From Flectonema sp. DT1601 (Eukaryota): a stretch of 64,000 nucleotides of DNA. This document shows positions 56,750 through 64,000 of this stretch, one piece after another. Within the stretch, counting starts at the first letter, position 1, and every line of letters begins with the position of its first letter. The stretch covers positions 434,001-498,000 of the forward strand of contig OZ025786.1 in the NCBI GenBank assembly GCA_964019425.1. The letters run 5' to 3'. Below the pieces are notes generated by a model, which worked only from the letters and a program-made list of their open reading frames with translations, was not told where the DNA came from and ran no database searches. Both the position numbers and the translations under genes were made by a program.

Positions 56750-58906
56750 ATGCCTCATAAAGCCTCTACCGTGAGCAAGAAGCCTTCAGCAAAGGGAAAT
56801 GCTAAGAAAAAACCTTTAACGAAGTCACAGGTGGCTCTCAACTCGCTTAAGAAGGGTGTTGCAACAACAACAAGAGATGTAGACCAATTGTCTTCGACTA
56901 TCAAAAATTCATCTGAGGTAGTACTAAATGACACAAACAACATTAAGAAAACTTTAGAAGAAAACATGAAATTGATGAGGGACCAGTTAACTGAATTCCG
57001 CAGAGAATTAGTAACCAGCGTTCCGTTGCCGTCATTCAAGAATGAGATCGGAACTCCAGGTGGTAATGTACTTTTCGATAAAATATTACACGACTTCTCA
57101 ATTATTGGTCCGACTGAGTCATTTACTGGATTCGTCTTCAACGATTTGGGTAATCACTTGCTGACACCTGATGTCCCAAGAGTTGAACCTTCTCCACACT
57201 GGACACCTCCTGCTGACCCTACATATGAATCAGTCAGACGTATGCACAACCGTAGATTTGATTTCCGTCCTTGGGTTATTGTCTGTCCAAAGTCAACGGA
57301 AGAGGTATCGTGGTGTGTAAAGTTAGCAAAGGTGCTCAACAGAAAGATTCGCATCCGTGCTGGAGCTCACGATCACGCTGGTGAGTCCAACGCAACTGAT
57401 GCACTTCTCATCGATTGCACTGCACTTCGTGAATCTACTTACAAGAAGATTGATGAGAAAGGAGGTGAGCTCACTATTGGAACCGGATGGAAGTTTATTG
57501 AATTGTTTAGAAAACTCGGTGAGCAACCAGATACAAAAGATATCCAACTAGCATTCCCTCACGGAACTTGTCAAAGTGTTGGTGTTGCTGGGTACTTACT
57601 AGGAGGAGGTTGGGGACCATACACTCGTCAACATGGAATGTGTTGTGAAAGTCTGGTAGCAGCAACGGTCGTTCTTGGAGACGGAACTATCGTAAAACTC
57701 AGAGACGGACCAACAGCAAATCCAGCAGACCAACAGCGTAACGACGACCTCCTCTTTGCCCTCCGTGGTGGTGGTGGTCCCAGCTACGGAGTTGTGACAT
57801 CGATGACTATAAAATGTTTCAGCATTGCTTCAACACATAATTACACATTCTCAGTTCATTGGAATGCACCTGACATCAAACCGACTGAACCACATGCGAA
57901 GACTTTGAATGTGGTGAAGCGTTGGCAAAACCTCCTCGTTGAGGACACTCCAGGGCTGACAGGTACCAACCTTCAGATTACGGCAAAGTATGTTGAGAAA
58001 CCAGACTTCAATGACCCAGCTCAGGGTAAGGATTCTGAATTAGAATGTCAGTTCTATGGATACCTTCAGTCTGTTACTCCTTATGATGATGACTCTTTCG
58101 CAGTACTTGTAAACTCTTGGTTTCCTGACGCACCACCATGTGATATTGAACTTCACAGAATAGACGGAATGGTAACTCAGTTATTCTCAACTCAGTTATT
58201 CTCAAACTGGGCTAGACAAGGACGGAACTGTAAGAGAGGTCATTTAGCCGATGCTAAAAGACGTTTAGCTGAATCACTGAAGAACATGGATAACAAATTT
58301 ACGATGCTAAAGAACCCTGCCACTGGTGGTGACGAATGGCCTATTCAAGTGGAATACCTTCTTGAAGAAGACCGTCCAGATCCGCACATGATCACCAGTA
58401 GAATGGCAAAGGAGCCAACAGGACTGACTGATGAACAGTTTGAGTTCTTTATTCACACTCTTCACAGTGAGTTACTCCCAACTCCTGAAGATCATGCAGC
58501 AGCTACAAAGGATCCAGTCATGGGAAGAAACCCAGTAGCTACTTATTGTAACTTTAATGGTATCGCTGGACCGTTTTATAGAAATCCTGCTAAATTGGAG
58601 GAAAGTAAGAAACGTTGTTCATTCCCTTACCAAAACAGTTGTTATGTGATTCAGTATCAGGCTTGGTGGGAGGCATCCGCCGTTGATAATCAACGTCTTC
58701 ACAACAGAGCAATGGACTGGATTCAGATTAACTCTCACAGGAAATGGGAATGTGGTGGTGTTGAGGGATCATTTATCTCGTTCAAAAATTCTGAAATTCC
58801 AGAGGAAGATTACTTCCAAGGAAACTACAACAGACTAATTGACATTAAGAAGAAGTGGTCAAAGGATCCAACCAACATCCTCAGATCCCGCAGGTCTATT
58901 ATTTAG
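56750..58906 (+). CDS. FAD-linked oxidase, berberine-bridge-enzyme/VAO family
   Basis: IRAGAHDHAGES (FAD-attachment His motif), HGTCQSVGVAGYLLGGGWG, LRGGGGPSYGVVT, and C-terminal YFQGNYNRLIDIKKKWSKDPTNI. Confidence 0.9.
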   Translation: MPHKASTVSKKPSAKGNAKKKPLTKSQVALNSLKKGVATTTRDVDQLSSTIKNSSEVVLNDTNNIKKTLEENMKLMRDQLTEFRRELVTSVPLPSFKNEIGTPGGNVLFDKILHDFSIIGPTESFTGFVFNDLGNHLLTPDVPRVEPSPHWTPPADPTYESVRRMHNRRFDFRPWVIVCPKSTEEVSWCVKLAKVLNRKIRIRAGAHDHAGESNATDALLIDCTALRESTYKKIDEKGGELTIGTGWKFIELFRKLGEQPDTKDIQLAFPHGTCQSVGVAGYLLGGGWGPYTRQHGMCCESLVAATVVLGDGTIVKLRDGPTANPADQQRNDDLLFALRGGGGPSYGVVTSMTIKCFSIASTHNYTFSVHWNAPDIKPTEPHAKTLNVVKRWQNLLVEDTPGLTGTNLQITAKYVEKPDFNDPAQGKDSELECQFYGYLQSVTPYDDDSFAVLVNSWFPDAPPCDIELHRIDGMVTQLFSTQLFSNWARQGRNCKRGHLADAKRRLAESLKNMDNKFTMLKNPATGGDEWPIQVEYLLEEDRPDPHMITSRMAKEPTGLTDEQFEFFIHTLHSELLPTPEDHAAATKDPVMGRNPVATYCNFNGIAGPFYRNPAKLEESKKRCSFPYQNSCYVIQYQAWWEASAVDNQRLHNRAMDWIQINSHRKWECGGVEGSFISFKNSEIPEEDYFQGNYNRLIDIKKKWSKDPTNILRSRRSII

Positions 58907-59752
58907 GTTTTCCCCCCTTCTATTTTATTGCAATAAAATGGTTTATTGCATTGAAATCCCCTCCTATCTCTTGTAGATTGCATAGTGGTAAAATTATGCT
59001 TTCCTTTCCTTCCATAAGTGATAGGTTTCTAACCCAGTACAAGTCAATTGTCTCGGATTAACCCCTTTCATCAAAAAAAAAAAAAAAAAAAAAAAAAAGA
59101 AAGAACGAACGAACGAAAAAAAAAAAATTAACAACCTAACGAAACCTTTCCCCATACCTGATGATCTTATTGTGTATCACAGAATCACGTCTTTCCCCCG
59201 TGAATTCCCTGTTTTTACTTTTCAAAAAAAGGAGGAGTTGAATTGTTGTTTATGTTCAGTAAAAAAAAAATAAGAATTATAAATTTTTTCCTTCATTTTT
59301 TTTTTTTCCTGTATTAAATACAGGTCAGTAAAAAAAAAAGAATGTTTACAACTACTTAACAGTCCTTATCTTTTCCTCTCTTTTTATTTTCCTTTTTTTG
59401 CACCCTCCTGAGTGACTCTGCAGCAAAAAAGTAAGATAAAACAAAACAAAAACAAAAAAAAACCATAAAATCGAAAGAGAGCATTCGGTAACACTAATTT
59501 TTTTTGTTAAGCTGAGCTCTCTGCAGAATAGAAAGAAAAGAAAAAAAAAAAAAAAAAAAATTGTTCACAAAAAAAGATATGCTTCAGCTGTAACAACAGC
59601 TAGACAATATCGACACAACCATACTATGAGAAATAACAGTGTGACAATAAACCGTTCGACTACCGAAAACAGAACTCATTCTGTCTTCCTTCAATATTGA
59701 TAACAGTGAATGTTATTATTATTTACTTCAAACACAACAGTTATCTTTAGAC

Positions 59753-60688
59753 ATGCATTCCTATGACTCAGACGAACGAGTAAAAAGAAGGGATGTTGCT
59801 GAGGATACCCTCGACTGCATTAAAAAAGGTAAATGTGGAGAGCACCCAATCACCAACAACACTGCTAAAAGTTGGGTTTGGATTGAAGGGGAGGACTGTC
59901 CTGTGTTAGGTAACTCAACAGGTGGCAAACCATCTCCGCCTCCGACTTATAAAATTTATGAAGCAACTACTCTCTCTGTCTCAGAACGTTATCGAGATAC
60001 TCCCCATTTGGGGGTTTTGAATTTCGCCTCTGCAAGGAATCCAGGTGGAGGCTTCCACACTGGTGCAAATGCGCAAGAAGAAAGCTTGGCTCGAAGTACA
60101 AGTATGTCACGTTTTAATGAATTAATAGTACATCATTTATGATGGTTTCATTGGTTGTTTATAATATAAAACTAAAAAACTATTCAAACAGCCCTCTTTC
60201 CATGTCTTGAGCAGTTTGAGAATGAGATGTACGCACCTAACTGGGAGGCAAGAAGTGGGTTTTACAGCCACACGATGATCTGCAGTCCGGATGTTTGTTT
60301 CTTTAAAAGTGATGATGGCAATCTAATCGATCCTTACTCTGCAACTGTTGTCTCGTCTCCAGCACCAAATGTTGGAGTGCTGACACGGAAAAGAGGAAGG
60401 ACGTCATCTGGAAATCGAATGATTAACGGAATCTTAAAAGAAAGGATAAGAAGAATATTACATTGCTTTTCCGTAACAGGATCTCGTACTCTAATTCTCG
60501 GAGCCTGGGGATGTGGAGTCTTCGGAAACGACTCTGCCATGGTCGCTGCTCTCTTCGCTCAAGAAATTCTGAAACCAGAATTTAACGGAGCGTTCGATAA
60601 AGTTATATTTGCCATCATTGATAATAAGATTTGTGATGTGTTTGACAAGTCTCTGAGTGACAATGGTCTTACGAAGTGTTCTAAATAA
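59753..60688 (+). CDS. Microbial-type poly(ADP-ribose) glycohydrolase (TIGR02452/DUF2263 macrodomain); intron 60102-60191
   Basis: LNFASARNPGGGFHTGANAQEESLARST catalytic signature and ILGAWGCGVFGN. Confidence 0.9.
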
Positions 60689-60986
60689 TAAATCCCCAGT
60701 AAGAAAAGCTTTGGTTGATCGAACCCCTTCATCTTACTGTTCTTTACCAATGTACTGATCTCTACCTAACCCACAGAGAACTTATTACATTATTTCTTCT
60801 CTTTCTTGTTCTTCATGAAAGTTATTAGTCAGCTTATCCTTTCGACTGCTGCTACTCACTTCTTGTTCTTAAATTTAATTACTGTTCTCTAAACTAACTA
60901 GAACAGGAATCTCTTTTATTATTATTAAATGTTTTAATCCAAAGTTAACCTTATAATATTAACCAGTCCCTGTAACATGAGTCGGG

Positions 60987-63900
60987 ATGTCTGTTTCAGA
61001 ATCACAACAGAGTATTGATGACGATGTGTTGGAGGAACTTCTCACAAAAGATGATGTTAGTGGAGACCTCGGAACGTTAATGCGAAAGATTAAGAATGAT
61101 GAGGAGTGGGATCGTTCTCAAATATCTGATTCATCTCGTCAAGATAAGAAAATAAAAGATGTTGAATCACCGCAATTCGCATACCCTATGTCTCCTGGCT
61201 CACCAGGAAGCATGCGAACTGTTAGGTCGGGTTTTGGCAATGCCTCGTCATCGAAAATGATCCGTCAGGCTGTTAAGACACAAAAACGAGAAGACGATGC
61301 AAAACACCAAAAAAAGAAATTTCAAGTCAACACTGACCTCCTCTTATCCAGACTTGAAGAAACACAAAAGGAACGCGAGTTGGCTGAAGAAGAACTCCGT
61401 AAAATGAAATCTAAGTATGCTGAACTGAAGATTGATCTGACTGAGTGGGAAGCAAAGGAGTTGATCTTTATAACAAATAAAGAAGAGATGAAGAAATATA
61501 AAGAAAAACTACAGAAATCAGATTCCCAATCCTTATCACTAGCTGAAGATCTTGCTGCCAGTAAAGACGCTATTGCTAAACTAACTGCTCAATTAAAGTC
61601 ATTACAACTATCAGCATCAACAGACGACGCCGAACTCACAAACTTCAAGCTCCGAGAAGCGACAACACAGGGACAGGTTACATCCTTACAAAGAGAAGCA
61701 GCAGATAAATCTGTTGAATTGGACATCCTTAAAAAGAAACTCTCAGACACCACTACTGAAAGAGACAACTTAACAAGTGATATCAAAAATAAAAACGACG
61801 CTCTAGCAAAGAAAGAACGAGACTTTACAGACTTACAACAACAATCAGATTCTCAAATAAAGATTACCTTGGCTGAGGCAAGTACCGCAAAGGCTAACTC
61901 CCTACGAGAGTCTTCAACAGCTGCTGCCTTACAACAGGAAAATGATCGACTGACAGAAGCAATCAAAAACAAAGAAGAAGCAACTCGGAGTGCTGTTCAG
62001 TCGTTGCAGATGGAGGCAGCTGCGAAGGAGGTGGAAGTCCAAAATCTTGTAAGAAAATTATCTGAAAATACGAAAGAAAAAGACGCCTTAAAACAAGAAA
62101 TCGACAGCAGAGACGAAATGTTGACAAAAAAGAGACAAGAATTAGTGGATCTCCAAGTGGAGTCTGATGAGCAGCTCAAAGTTGTTATGGCTGAAGCAGG
62201 CTCAGCACGGGCAGATGCCCTGCGAGGATCGTCCTCAGCTGCGGATTTACAGCGCGAAAATGATCGTTTGACTGCCGCTGGTAATGAAAGACAACTTCAG
62301 ATCGATTCCCTCAGAGATCAAATCGACAACTCTATTGAGGCTCAAAAACGAGAGCGAACGACAGCAGATGCTGTGCGTGTCGACTTAGAAGATCGAATCC
62401 GCCAACAGTCAAAACTTGCTGAAGATCGAATGAACTCACTTGAGGAGATAAAAAATATCCAAAAACTACAAAGTGAGTCCGCTGACATTAACCAAACCAG
62501 ACTACAGGCCGCTGAGCAACTAGTGCGAGAAAAGGAAGCTACGCTAACGAGATCAGCCAGAAGCTCATCGAAAATTAGAAAATCGTTTCGAAATTTGAAT
62601 GCAGCTTTTCAGAACCGTTCGGAAACCGCAGAAAGACTACTGATGTTTTATGAGGATGAGATGTCGCAGAATGTTAACAAACAATTTCATGAGATACGAT
62701 CTGAGGCTCGTCAAGAACTTTTATCATCTTCAGTTACTTCTATTCGAGGTAATCAAAGTGAAGTTGAATCAAGTCTTGCACAAGCACGTGAGATGGAAGT
62801 CAATCGCCTTCAACAACAGTTGGCTGAGTCAGAAACAGAATCTCTTACACTTCAAGCCCGTCAAAATCTAGTTGAGAATATTAAAGACAACATCTCTACA
62901 ACTGATGATCTCATGAATGAAATAAAATGTGAAGCAATGCAACAAAGAAAATCAGAACTGATGTCGACTGCTGAAGCAGAACTAATCGTTGAGATTAAGG
63001 ACTCAGTAATGAGCAATGCGGAGAACAAACAAATTGTTATGTCGGAAGTAGCATCTCAACTCCGTTCCGAAGACAACAACAAACTCATATCTGAAGTTCG
63101 ACAACAATTACAACAAGAAGTCGCTTCATCCGAAGGACCTGAATTATGCGCTGAAGCCCGACTGGCATTACAGAAAAGCACCGTTGCCGAACTCAAAGCC
63201 AGCGAGGAATCTTTTTCGGTCATCAAGGAAGAGGCGTCAAAAGAGTTAATCGCAAGTGAGAAGGAATCAATAAAAAAAAGTGAAAATCACATGTCTCGAA
63301 TCCGAAATTCCGCAGCCGACTCTCTACGAGATGAGATCAAAAGAGAAGAAGTCGAGGAAATAAAAAAATCACTCGTCAAAGAGATTGAAAACGAGCTCAC
63401 GGAATCAAACGGTTCTGGACTCCTTGCTGAAGCAAAGGAAAAATTAATAACGGAAATGATTGATGAGCTGAAGGCAAGTGAAACTGCTAAAGTCAGTATT
63501 ATTGATACAGCGACATCCAGATTGGAACAACAACTAGCTGAGCAAGAAGGATCAGATATCTTAAAGGAAGCTCGTCATCAACTGCTGAATGCTTCAAAAC
63601 AAGAAATCAAAGCCGACAGCACTTCAATGAAACAAGTCAAGGAAGAAGCTCTACATGAACTTGCTAAAGAGTTATCAAAAAAACTTGAACAAGATCCGAC
63701 TGCAGTGACCAGCGCCTCTAATAGTGCCAAAGACCAACTAGTCACTAAGATGTTACGAGAGGACGAAACCCAACTTCGTGAAGCAGCATTGCTGTCAGCT
63801 CAAGAAGAAGTTGCAAAGAGAGAAGGGAAAGAGTTGTGTTCTCAAGCACGCCAGCAGATATTCGAATCAACTGTCACAGAAATTAATCAAAATGGAGAAG

Positions 63901-64000
63901 CGATGGACGAAATTAAACTAAAAGCAGAATCACAAGTTCTTCAACAACACATCACTGAAATAGAAGATTCTCATGAAGTGCAGTCTGCTGCTTTTGAAGC
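60987..64000 (+). CDS. Large coiled-coil protein, 3'-partial (runs off window)
   Basis: Frame starting MSVSESQQSIDDDVLEELL appears open for ~1004 codons to the window end and is E/K/Q/A-rich. Confidence 0.8.
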   Translation, partial: MSVSESQQSIDDDVLEELLTKDDVSGDLGTLMRKIKNDEEWDRSQISDSSRQDKKIKDVESPQFAYPMSPGSPGSMRTVRSGFGNASSSKMIRQAVKTQKREDDAKHQKKKFQVNTDLLLSRLEETQKERELAEEELRKMKSKYAELKIDLTEWEAKELIFITNKEEMKKYKEKLQKSDSQSLSLAEDLAASKDAIAKLTAQLKSLQLSASTDDAELTNFKLREATTQGQVTSLQREAADKSVELDILKKKLSDTTTERDNLTSDIKNKNDALAKKERDFTDLQQQSDSQIKITLAEASTAKANSLRESSTAAALQQENDRLTEAIKNKEEATRSAVQSLQMEAAAKEVEVQNLVRKLSENTKEKDALKQEIDSRDEMLTKKRQELVDLQVESDEQLKVVMAEAGSARADALRGSSSAADLQRENDRLTAAGNERQLQIDSLRDQIDNSIEAQKRERTTADAVRVDLEDRIRQQSKLAEDRMNSLEEIKNIQKLQSESADINQTRLQAAEQLVREKEATLTRSARSSSKIRKSFRNLNAAFQNRSETAERLLMFYEDEMSQNVNKQFHEIRSEARQELLSSSVTSIRGNQSEVESSLAQAREMEVNRLQQQLAESETESLTLQARQNLVENIKDNISTTDDLMNEIKCEAMQQRKSELMSTAEAELIVEIKDSVMSNAENKQIVMSEVASQLRSEDNNKLISEVRQQLQQEVASSEGPELCAEARLALQKSTVAELKASEESFSVIKEEASKELIASEKESIKKSENHMSRIRNSAADSLRDEIKREEVEEIKKSLVKEIENELTESNGSGLLAEAKEKLITEMIDELKASETAKVSIIDTATSRLEQQLAEQEGSDILKEARHQLLNASKQEIKADSTSMKQVKEEALHELAKELSKKLEQDPTAVTSASNSAKDQLVTKMLREDETQLREAALLSAQEEVAKREGKELCSQARQQIFESTVTEINQNGEAMDEIKLKAESQVLQQHITEIEDSHEVQSAAFE

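Overview
AT-rich eukaryotic genomic window, most consistent with a euglenozoan (diplonemid-like) protist. About 27 protein genes all lie on the + strand and are interrupted by short GT-AG introns. Recognisable genes include DNAI4/WDR78-like, RPS15, a PUF protein, SF3A3, UBFD1, ARL1, a mitochondrial carrier, RPAIN-like, COA6, a BBE-like oxidase and a microbial-type PARG. The main find is an apparently intact ~6.3 kb Penelope-like retroelement (48061-54387). Its single 1953-aa ORF has an N-terminal GIY-YIG endonuclease, a reverse transcriptase and a Josephin-like cysteine protease domain whose Cys/His/Asp spacing matches ataxin-3. Its 3' UTR holds a hammerhead ribozyme core whose three strands are in a non-circularly permuted, pseudoknotted order. 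A decayed solo copy of this 3' module sits at ~36.4 kb, and an antisense 18S rRNA 5' fragment lies ~115 bp upstream of the element. A second non-autonomous element (28373-29553, 47-bp TIRs) carries a tRNA-like Pol III module and an antisense 28S fragment. All calls come from reading the sequence by eye; no searches were run.
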